DNA of 47,353 nt from Limisphaerales bacterium (GTDB taxonomy: Bacteria > Verrucomicrobiota > Verrucomicrobiia > Limisphaerales > SIBE01). This document shows, piece after piece, positions 40,131-47,353 of the stretch. The stretch is taken from positions 1 to 47,353 of the forward strand of contig JBGAIN010000047.1 of NCBI GenBank assembly GCA_044225505.1, given 5' to 3'. Both the position numbers and the translations under genes were made by a program. How positions within the stretch are numbered: the first letter of the stretch is position 1; each line of letters starts with the position of its first letter. Under the pieces are notes generated by a model. It had not been told where the DNA came from. It saw only the letters and a program-made list of their open reading frames with translations, and searched no databases.

Positions 40131-40176
40131 GGTCGGTGTTTTTGGCCTTCGGGCCGACCGACCTATATAAGGTCGG
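40131..40176. other. Putative replication origin palindrome
   Basis: CCGACCT-ATATA-AGGTCGG (40158-40176) with additional GGTCGG/CCGACC copies right after the helicase stop. Confidence 0.5.
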
Positions 40177-40205
40177 CCCCGGCCCACCCAACAAACCACA
40201 GAATA

Positions 40206-40934
40206 ATGGCAATGCCCAAACCTCAAAATGAAGGCGCAATGGCCAAGCCATCCGAACAAGAACAAAAGAATGACGTAGCTGTCATTCACTCCCTGGCGGA
40301 CCTGGAGGCCCAGATTCTCACCTGGCAGGAAACCTGCCTCCGCAAGTTTCGTCCACTTGACGGTGAAATCTACCTGATTCGACTTCTGCCCGTCCAGCTG
40401 GCCAATGGTAAACCCTTGCTTCGATACGGGCAGCATTGGGTCGGTGCGCAGGATCGACGCCCTCTAATCTGCCCCAATCAAACCGACGCAGCGGTGCTTG
40501 CAGAAAAGCGAGAGTGCCCCTTGTGCCTCGCTCTGGGCGACAAACATGATGACCGGCAGGTTTCCCTGAGCTGGCTGTTCTACTGCTTCGTCCTCGCCGA
40601 CGGCGGCGAGGCAATAACGGGCGACCGGCGCTTCCGGCTGCACCAATGGTGGATGACCGACCGCGTCTGCGGCATCCTGCTCGATCTCGCTAAACACGGC
40701 TCCATTTTCGGATGGGGGATGGCACATAACCTGGAAGTGACCTGCGACGAGAAGTGCGTGTCAGTTGAACTGGCCAGGCAAACTGACCTGGCGACTCCGG
40801 ATGCGGTGATCCAGCGCGTGATGGCAGCGGTCGTGTCACCGAAGCGGCGCGTCCACTGGCAGGATCTGCAATACGAGGCGCTAGGCTGTGGCTTCATCGG
40901 AGCCGACCCAGAACATGGAGAGCGCGACTATTGA
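40206..40934 (+). CDS. Putative gp32-like Zn-binding ssDNA-binding protein
   Basis: IRLLP...QHWV...LICP...ECPLC pattern. Confidence 0.5.
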   Translation: MAMPKPQNEGAMAKPSEQEQKNDVAVIHSLADLEAQILTWQETCLRKFRPLDGEIYLIRLLPVQLANGKPLLRYGQHWVGAQDRRPLICPNQTDAAVLAEKRECPLCLALGDKHDDRQVSLSWLFYCFVLADGGEAITGDRRFRLHQWWMTDRVCGILLDLAKHGSIFGWGMAHNLEVTCDEKCVSVELARQTDLATPDAVIQRVMAAVVSPKRRVHWQDLQYEALGCGFIGADPEHGERDY

Positions 40935-40986
40935 GTTCACTCCCCGTGTTCTGCGACAACGACCATCGCGAATCCATATCATTCCT

Positions 40987-41469
40987 ATGCTTCTTTACCA
41001 TTTTACCAGGCGCGAGTTCCTTTCGTCCATTCTGGCCCACGGCCTCGACCAGGGCGACGTGCCACTGACCGAGAATAGCGGTGTGAACGGCGTATGCCTG
41101 ACCGAGATCGCCGATACCAAGCCCCAGGCGCAACCGTGGGCTCGCTCCACCGACGACAAACTGAATTTCAGGCTCACGGTAGCCGTTGAACCCAGCGAGC
41201 GTCTGCTGCGCTGGAAATATGTTCCCCAGAAGCTCAAAATGAGCCGGGCTTGGTGGCGGATACTGACCGATTGCGGTGGAGGCGATCCCTACAAATGGTG
41301 GATCTTCTTTGGCACTATAGCGCCGGGCAACATTCTGAGCGTCTGGGATTCACGGCGGAGTCGCGACCTAACCAGCGCTGAACTGGCGGCTATCCGCCAG
41401 GAGCCCAGGCAGCGCGGCGAACTTGTAATGGATGTTCAAGTCGTTTCCTATGAGGAGGCTCTCCGGTAG
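40987..41469 (+). CDS. Putative ADP-ribosyltransferase-fold protein (Tpt1/DUF952-like)
   Basis: LYHFT...SILAHGL...GVCLT...WWIFFGTIAPGNI. Confidence 0.55.
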   Translation: MLLYHFTRREFLSSILAHGLDQGDVPLTENSGVNGVCLTEIADTKPQAQPWARSTDDKLNFRLTVAVEPSERLLRWKYVPQKLKMSRAWWRILTDCGGGDPYKWWIFFGTIAPGNILSVWDSRRSRDLTSAELAAIRQEPRQRGELVMDVQVVSYEEALR

Positions 41470-41545
41470 TAAACGCCCGCTCTGCGGACGGTCGATCTGG
41501 CCCTCAACTCCGCCGCATCCCGATTGATTAACACAAGAAGCCGCT

Positions 41546-42472
41546 ATGCCCAACGTAACAATCTACAACTTCAAAACGCAACAAAAGGCAGTCATCCCGC
41601 AGGAGGAATTGGCACCAGGGTGGGTTAAGCTCGCAGTGCCCAACAATGCCGCTAAGGGCGAAGAAATACTTTGGGTTGACCCAGCCGAATTGAAACCGGG
41701 ACATCTGTCGCTTGACGAAGGACGACTCCGCCTACTCCGGGAAATCCAGCAGACGCTTTGGGAAGTCTACCCATTGTCTTTCGAGGGGTGGGAAGCAACA
41801 ATTCGCCTTTCACCGCATCCAAACAGCGCAACCGCCGCGTGGCGATGGGTGGCTTATCACCTTGGTAGGGTGACCAACTCTGGCCGCTTCCGCAAAGCCC
41901 GCAAACAGGACTTGTTCGAGTTTCTACTCGCCTTGAACCGTGGCAGGGTCGTCGAAGTGCCGGGGTTATCTGAACAGGAGGCCGGGGTATTGCTTGACAT
42001 GTGCCAGCACACACCCTTGGAGTTTTTTGGAGGCGAGACCCAAGCGATAACGAAGAGGCTGGGATGGAACCCGCATGACAATTACGCGTTCTCGTTCCGT
42101 TGCGTTGGCTCACTTGACGAGTTTCGGGACTTGACCGCGACGGCAGATGTCATCGTCGCCCTCGACTACGTCAGCGGCGACCTAGAAGTGCTTTTCGGGC
42201 GCGAACGTCTCGTGATGGTCAGCATTACCCAACCCGTTGAACAACCGCAGCCACGAGTGACGGACACGATGTTCGGCAGAGGGAAGCTGCCAAGCATAAT
42301 GCCGAAGCTTCGGTGGGCGTTGTTTGGCCTCTATTTCGATGCGGAGTTCAAGCGCGACCCCAACGCCACAGAATTTGACGCAATCTGCGCAGCTGTGCTT
42401 TCTGCCAAAGGCAACTACTGGGTAAATGGCAAGCAGCGATTTGCCCAGCCGCCAGCGGCGCGAGCCTCCTGA
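41546..42472 (+). CDS. Hypothetical protein
   Basis: 308-aa ORF, co-oriented with the module; no recognised family. Confidence 0.7.
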   Translation: MPNVTIYNFKTQQKAVIPQEELAPGWVKLAVPNNAAKGEEILWVDPAELKPGHLSLDEGRLRLLREIQQTLWEVYPLSFEGWEATIRLSPHPNSATAAWRWVAYHLGRVTNSGRFRKARKQDLFEFLLALNRGRVVEVPGLSEQEAGVLLDMCQHTPLEFFGGETQAITKRLGWNPHDNYAFSFRCVGSLDEFRDLTATADVIVALDYVSGDLEVLFGRERLVMVSITQPVEQPQPRVTDTMFGRGKLPSIMPKLRWALFGLYFDAEFKRDPNATEFDAICAAVLSAKGNYWVNGKQRFAQPPAARAS

Positions 42473-42475
42473 ACC

Positions 42476-42655
42476 TCAGACCTGGCGAACGCGCTCAAAC
42501 GGCGGGTCGGCGACGACGGTTCCGTCCACAGCTGCCTCGCGCAGTTGCGCCGCCTTCCGCATTTTGAAGAGCACTGCCTTGGGATCTGCGCCCGAAGGAT
42601 TCCTTGCAGCCTTCGCCTTCGACAAGGATTTCAGGATTCTCTTAGGATCTACCAT
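42476..42655 (-). CDS. Small basic protein (59 aa)
   Basis: MVDPKRILKSLSKAK...; extended -10 TGaTACCAT 7 nt before ATG. Confidence 0.5.
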   Translation of the reverse strand: MVDPKRILKSLSKAKAARNPSGADPKAVLFKMRKAAQLREAAVDGTVVADPPFERVRQV

Positions 42656-42938
42656 GAGCGAGATGGTATCACACCAACGGCCAGAATAGGCGGCTGCGCC
42701 AAGCCGCCCGCGACCGAAACCGGCCACATCGCTAAACCGACAGCCGATTTCAGTCTCGGACGTTAACGCCGCCGAGCTGGTGGTGCGCCGATCCTGAACG
42801 CGCTTGCGATCCTGGACTGCGCCAGCGCTGAGGCGGCAGCCGTGAGGTTGGCAAGGCTGCAAACCCGGCTCGTGTGCTCTTCCCCTTTAGGGCCTGGCCG
42901 CGATCTGGACGACGTTATCGACAAGCAGATTTCCAGCG

Positions 42939-43346
42939 TCAGTAAATGTAACCAGGCTCCCACTTCTCCTCCCCTCGGTCGAAGCTCAGGCATCCAGCAT
43001 CTCCCTTTTCAAAGATGAAACCCGCTCGAATGCGATCACTGGCAATCAGCACATCAATTTCCCTCGGCGGGTAACGGAAACCATGATCGCGCAAGAAAGC
43101 GCAAATCAAGCGCTTCACCAGTTTACCTTCGGAGCCTTTCGGCACTCTGCCCCGGCGCAGGTCGGCTCGCCATATCGGATGTATCCTCTCATGGACGATC
43201 TGCCGCACTACAAATCCCGCCTCAGCGAGCTGGTCAGCCAGGCGCTGATGTGGCGATCGGTGCCTTGCCATCAAGAGGAAAACTCTCTTCGGATCGATTC
43301 TTGGCCGGGGGGCTGTGGCATCGATTAACTGCGCCAAGGTTTCCAT
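42939..43346 (-). CDS. Hypothetical protein
   Basis: 135-aa ORF from METLAQLID. Confidence 0.55.
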   Translation of the reverse strand: METLAQLIDATAPRPRIDPKRVFLLMARHRSPHQRLADQLAEAGFVVRQIVHERIHPIWRADLRRGRVPKGSEGKLVKRLICAFLRDHGFRYPPREIDVLIASDRIRAGFIFEKGDAGCLSFDRGEEKWEPGYIY

Positions 43347-43556
43347 ACAATTTTCAGGGCGTGTCCGCTGTCGAGCAAGGCACCCGTTGCCCACCATGAT
43401 ACCGGCTCGGAGCTAGTGGTTAGATCGCCGCACTGGCGGACGGCTGTCAATCGCGATCGTTAACGCCGCCGAGCGGCGAGCAGTAAGCTTGCACATCAAG
43501 ACGTTCTTGGGTCTGGCCCGTTGGCATGGTTTCTGCGAATATTAGGGGCAGCTGTC

Positions 43557-44207
43557 ATGCAAGTGGTCGTTCACAAGCAGCGGATGGGTGGCTTTACCTT
43601 GGTCGAGCTGCTTGTCACCGTTGCGGTTGCTGTGGTGCTGATCGGAATGCTCCTGCCTGCCCTGGCTCCGGCCCGGAGAAAATCCTCCCGGATTAACTGC
43701 GTGAACAACTTAAAGAGCATCGGACTGTCGTTCCGTATCTTCGCCACCGACCATCAAGATCACTTCCCGATGGAGATTTCGACCAATCAAGGCGGCTCGC
43801 TGGAGTTCCTCGGCGGACCAGCCTTCCGTCACTTCGTTGTGATGAGCAACGAACTCGCCACGCCAGCAGTTATCGTCTGCCCGGACGACCCAATGCGCCG
43901 TGCCGCTCGGAGTTTTTCGGCAGTGCGAGAGACGAACGTAAGCTACTTCGTCGGACTGAGGGCGACCTTGGATAAGCCGCAAGAGATACTCGCCGGTGAC
44001 CGGAATCTGACGACAAATGGGGTTCCTGTTTCTCCTGGCGTTGTGGAGTTGACGACGAACGTGGTAGTCGGATGGAGTTCGGAGATCCCGCATGGCATGG
44101 GGAGTGTGGCAATGGCCGATGGCAGCGTTCAACAATGGCCGCTTCGCAGGCTTGCTGACCTGCTGCGCGGCACAAACCAAGCGCCAGTCCGGCTGGTGGT
44201 GCCCTAG
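43557..44207 (+). CDS. Prepilin-type N-terminal cleavage/methylation protein (H-X9-DG type)
   Basis: GFTLVELL, LLPAL, CVNNLKSIG, CPDD, HGMGSVAMADGSV. Confidence 0.9.
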   Translation: MQVVVHKQRMGGFTLVELLVTVAVAVVLIGMLLPALAPARRKSSRINCVNNLKSIGLSFRIFATDHQDHFPMEISTNQGGSLEFLGGPAFRHFVVMSNELATPAVIVCPDDPMRRAARSFSAVRETNVSYFVGLRATLDKPQEILAGDRNLTTNGVPVSPGVVELTTNVVVGWSSEIPHGMGSVAMADGSVQQWPLRRLADLLRGTNQAPVRLVVP

Positions 44208-44222
44208 GAATGTTGTGAATCG

Positions 44223-45071
44223 ATGAAAACGATTGGTGCATCAAAACCAATCCGCCTGGCGATCGTGGCTTTGGCGTTGTCTGCATCCGGCTACGTGGCA
44301 GTTCACCTTTGGACCATTGGGCGGCAGAGGGTGGCGGCAGCGCAGGAAAGCAGGGACACGGCGGCGGTGCGGGAGTATCTCGGCAGAATACAGCCGCAGC
44401 TTGCGGGTGATCTGCGCTTTGCAGATGTTGATTTCTTAGGGTATCGCTGCGACGACGGCTCACATCCCTACATCGGCATGCGAGGCACGGTTGCTTCGAG
44501 GCGGGACTGGGACGCTCTCGACACCTTGATTCGCACGTCCAATCCTCCGCTCGCCCCCTCCATGCAAATGGTGTTGATCCGGCCACCTGCTACAAACTTC
44601 GCTGGTTTTGGGGGAACGATCGCGCCTGATGGCCGAGTGTTTTTTGGCCGTGGACTGGCGCGGCAGCCGCCGGTCCATCTTGCCATCGAACATCTCCACA
44701 CCGTGCAACTGTTCGCACCTGGGCCACGCGGCTTTGGTGCCGCTTACCCGTCCTCCGACTTGCTCGCGGTATTATTCCTAGCGATGCAGACGAACGCGGT
44801 GGAACTATTCTCTGGACTCGTGACCAATGGCACGTCCGAGGCGAAGCTGTATGCCCTCTGCGGCATCAGAAAGGTCGCGCCGCACCAGTTTGATGCCTTC
44901 GCCCGCGCCGCTGCAAAATCGGGGGCGTGGCCGAAGCCGTTCAGTCCGGAAGAGACCCTCTACGTCAGAACAGGCCACGGATGTGTCAGCGGCCCAGACT
45001 CACCATCCAGGGTGATCGAGGAAATCAAACGCGGCGCATACGACCGCTACTTCGGAATCAAACCAGAGTAA
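44223..45071 (+). CDS. Membrane-anchored hypothetical protein
   Basis: N-terminal TM/signal segment; 282 aa. Confidence 0.65.
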   Translation: MKTIGASKPIRLAIVALALSASGYVAVHLWTIGRQRVAAAQESRDTAAVREYLGRIQPQLAGDLRFADVDFLGYRCDDGSHPYIGMRGTVASRRDWDALDTLIRTSNPPLAPSMQMVLIRPPATNFAGFGGTIAPDGRVFFGRGLARQPPVHLAIEHLHTVQLFAPGPRGFGAAYPSSDLLAVLFLAMQTNAVELFSGLVTNGTSEAKLYALCGIRKVAPHQFDAFARAAAKSGAWPKPFSPEETLYVRTGHGCVSGPDSPSRVIEEIKRGAYDRYFGIKPE

Positions 45072-45139
45072 TTAACCTGCCGACGACCATGAATCGATGT
45101 GGCCAAGGAAATCCGTGGTGCGGTCTATGACTTTTTTTT

Positions 45140-45469
45140 ATGAGCCAGGCACGATTTTGCGTCACATCGTTGTTCCTTGTGATGCTCGCGATCGGCGTCC
45201 ACTTCGCCGCGCTCGATGCGTGGTCCCACAACATGAAAATACGGGCGCGAGCTGTATCCGTCACCCAAGAGAACAGGCCGATGATGCGTGCGCAGGCTGA
45301 CCGTTTTAGCCAAAGAGGTTCAGTTCTTTATGCGATCGGGGTGTGCCTGTCCGTCGCGGCTGCAACTTGCTTAATTACTTCGTTTCGGCGACACGAGTCG
45401 GCTTCATGGCGCTCCCTTCCCGTGGCACTGCTGGTGTTCTACCTGATCTTCCAGTTTGTTTTGGTATGA
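45140..45469 (+). CDS. Small membrane protein
   Basis: Three hydrophobic segments. Confidence 0.65.
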   Translation: MSQARFCVTSLFLVMLAIGVHFAALDAWSHNMKIRARAVSVTQENRPMMRAQADRFSQRGSVLYAIGVCLSVAAATCLITSFRRHESASWRSLPVALLVFYLIFQFVLV

Positions 45470-45882
45470 CTCCGAATCCCCTGACTCGCCCCAGCAAAGC
45501 TCTAATCAGCGTGGTCTGGCTACAGCTGGTTGTCGGCGTCGTTGGCCTCTATCTCTCGTTCTTTGCCATCCACTCTGGAGCCTTGGGGATAGAATGGTCG
45601 AACGAATTTCGGACCAAATTCGAGCAAGCGCGTCGGCTCCCTGGTTACCAGGAACCGCCCTCGGTCCAAGGACTCTCCTATGAGCGCGTGGTCGAGAGCT
45701 TGCAGAGTGCAGCACACCAGCGCATGGACAAAGCGTCCTACTGCTTTGGTCTTTCAGGTTGCTTGTCGCTTTTCGCGGTCGGCGAACTGCTGCTCATTGC
45801 ACGGTGTCGCCGAAGGACGGAATTTCTGACATCCGGGGCAACGCCACTCTCGACCGAGAGCAGTAGCCAACGCCAGCTGTGA
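45466..45882 (+). CDS. Small two-TM membrane protein
   Basis: ATGA overlap with the previous gene; two TM segments. Confidence 0.6.
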   Translation: MTPNPLTRPSKALISVVWLQLVVGVVGLYLSFFAIHSGALGIEWSNEFRTKFEQARRLPGYQEPPSVQGLSYERVVESLQSAAHQRMDKASYCFGLSGCLSLFAVGELLLIARCRRRTEFLTSGATPLSTESSSQRQL

Positions 45883-45889
45883 GTCTGCC

Positions 45890-46273
45890 ATGAATATCCC
45901 TGAACACCGGCGTTTGAACGTAGCCCTCGCCTGCTGCTGTGCGGTCTTACTGGTGGCTTGCGCGACCATGTTCTGGAATTATGGTTGGCTCAAAATCCGG
46001 GTGGCGTGGGCGAGCGAGCAGACGGAGATTTTTGAAGAGATGAGGACACGTGCGATTGGATCGGATTTGGCCGGGGCGGCAGGCTGCCTTCAATACGCCT
46101 ATCAATACTATCCCTCTGGGAGCAAACAGCAGACTGGTTCCCGTTTGGATGGGATCGTTGAGCGGGAGCGGCAGCGCGTCGTCAGAGAAATTGTCGGCTA
46201 CCTCAGAATCAAGGCCCCGCAAGACTTGGGGGACAAGCCAGAGGCTTGGATTGAGAGGTATGCACCCAGGTGA
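45890..46273 (+). CDS. Membrane-anchored hypothetical protein
   Basis: N-terminal TM; YYPSGSKQ core. Confidence 0.65.
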   Translation: MNIPEHRRLNVALACCCAVLLVACATMFWNYGWLKIRVAWASEQTEIFEEMRTRAIGSDLAGAAGCLQYAYQYYPSGSKQQTGSRLDGIVERERQRVVREIVGYLRIKAPQDLGDKPEAWIERYAPR

Positions 46274-46277
46274 GGAA

Positions 46278-46910
46278 ATGCAAGCGGCCCCGCCGAGGCT
46301 CATGCCACGCCCTCTCAAAACAGCAGTGCTGTGCGGCGCGATCCCGTTGGTCTTTGGCACCAGCATCTACTTTGCGTGGCGTCTCACTCGCGCAGGTTGG
46401 CTTGAAACAGCCGGTCTTTATACAATCGTTGTTGGCTTAGCCGCGTTCGTCACTGGCGCAATTCAGTTGGCGGCGTATCTGGTCGAGCAGTCCCGGACGA
46501 AAGCCACGGCCAGGCGGGCGCTTTGGATTCAAGGACTGGCCGTAGGTGGACTTCTGCTTATCAATTTCCCGGCAGCCTGGATCTACATGCTATCGGTCTC
46601 TGAGATTTACGACCGATACACGGTCCAGGTGACGAACGAGGGCAAATCACCAGTGGAAAGCTTTGTCGTCACTGGACCAGGGGTTCGCGTAGAGTTCGGG
46701 CCTATTGCGTCAGGAAAGACAGTGAAAAGGCACCTTCATTTTGGTGGAGATGGAACGCTGGATTTCACGGTTCGACATGGTCAACAGCAGTCCAAAGGCA
46801 CCCTGGAGGGATATGTCACGGGGGGTCTGGGCGGCAGCAAGACCGTGAGAGTGAAGCAAAACGGCGAGTGCGAGATCCTCAACTCTGACGGAACGCGCCG
46901 AACACCTTAA
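46278..46910 (+). CDS. Three-TM protein with C-terminal beta domain
   Basis: GAGG 3 nt before ATG; three TM helices followed by a beta-rich region. Confidence 0.65.
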   Translation: MQAAPPRLMPRPLKTAVLCGAIPLVFGTSIYFAWRLTRAGWLETAGLYTIVVGLAAFVTGAIQLAAYLVEQSRTKATARRALWIQGLAVGGLLLINFPAAWIYMLSVSEIYDRYTVQVTNEGKSPVESFVVTGPGVRVEFGPIASGKTVKRHLHFGGDGTLDFTVRHGQQQSKGTLEGYVTGGLGGSKTVRVKQNGECEILNSDGTRRTP

Positions 46911-47353
46911 ATGGACCTGGGCCTATGACACCACGATTGGCAATAACACTCTGGCTCTGCGTAGCTGGGGCAACCCAAGCACTGCGTCACCGTCCTTACG
47001 AGCACCAAGCTGGCAGTTTCGTTCGTAGCGATGGCCTAAGAGTTTCCGTCGTTGAACACTACTTCGACGGAATCTTCGGCAGAGATCCCGTAGGCGTTCA
47101 GTTTCGTTTGCCGGATGGAATGCTGGTGGCGGGCACGGATGTATCCCGTGACAGTGTTATCGTGCGGAATCATCGGCGCGGAGTTGAAGTTTATTGGTTC
47201 CAGAGTGACTGGTTTCCGTTCGCGCACCGTGTTCAGTTCTTCGACGGCTACGCTCTTTCCGATGTCACGACCGCCCAAAAACGGGCCGCATCGCCGCTAG
47301 TCCACACTCGTGCCAACTGGTTGGGATACGTCGTCGGGCTAGGAATCGCAGCA

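Larger units (their letters stand above)
33143..47353. mobile_element. tRNA-Gly-targeting integrative element (satellite/IME-like); right end not seen
   Basis: att fragment, integrase, excisionase and primase/helicase module followed by cargo; extent beyond about 43.4 kb is inferred. Confidence 0.8.

Noticed and set aside
44208..46930. Integron attC sites between the small genes
   Set aside because: Spacers are too short or lack paired RYYYAAC/GTTRRRY ends; the integrase lacks recognisable IntI features
46911..47353. Minus-strand ORF 47036-47278 and the surrounding sequence
   Set aside because: Protein-like but bounded by stops, with no recognisable motif; may be a gene remnant but cannot be supported

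Overview
GC-rich bacterial window, most likely Verrucomicrobiota. This is inferred from the gene families present: an ECF sigma with a Zn-ribbon Ser/Thr kinase-WD40, prepilin-like H-X9-DG proteins and C-terminal 'RFYR' secreted proteins. Positions 1-28 kb look chromosomal. They hold an unusual HEAT-repeat ClpA/B-type ATPase that runs off the left edge and is missed by the ORF track, an OPT transporter, many secreted or Tat hydrolases, an ECF/kinase pair, an ankyrin gene with a structured 5' leader, and a GreA/B-like factor. From about 28.06 kb the window is a tandem island array at a minus-strand tRNA-Gly 3' end. Two 222-bp direct repeats, each ending in a tRNA-Gly 3' fragment, bracket a 4.9-kb integrase-less islet (GNAT, SDR remnant, TipA-like MerR, phosphoesterase). 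From 33.14 kb an integrative element carries a tyrosine integrase, excisionase, DUF3102 protein, VirE-N/PriCT-2 primase, AAA_25 helicase, a putative origin, a gp32-like SSB, an ART-fold protein and a run of small membrane/secreted genes. No capsid or conjugation genes are visible, and the right end and intact tRNA are not in the window. Several genes are frameshifted, which could be assembly error or decay. All family calls come from motif recognition by eye; no database searches were run.
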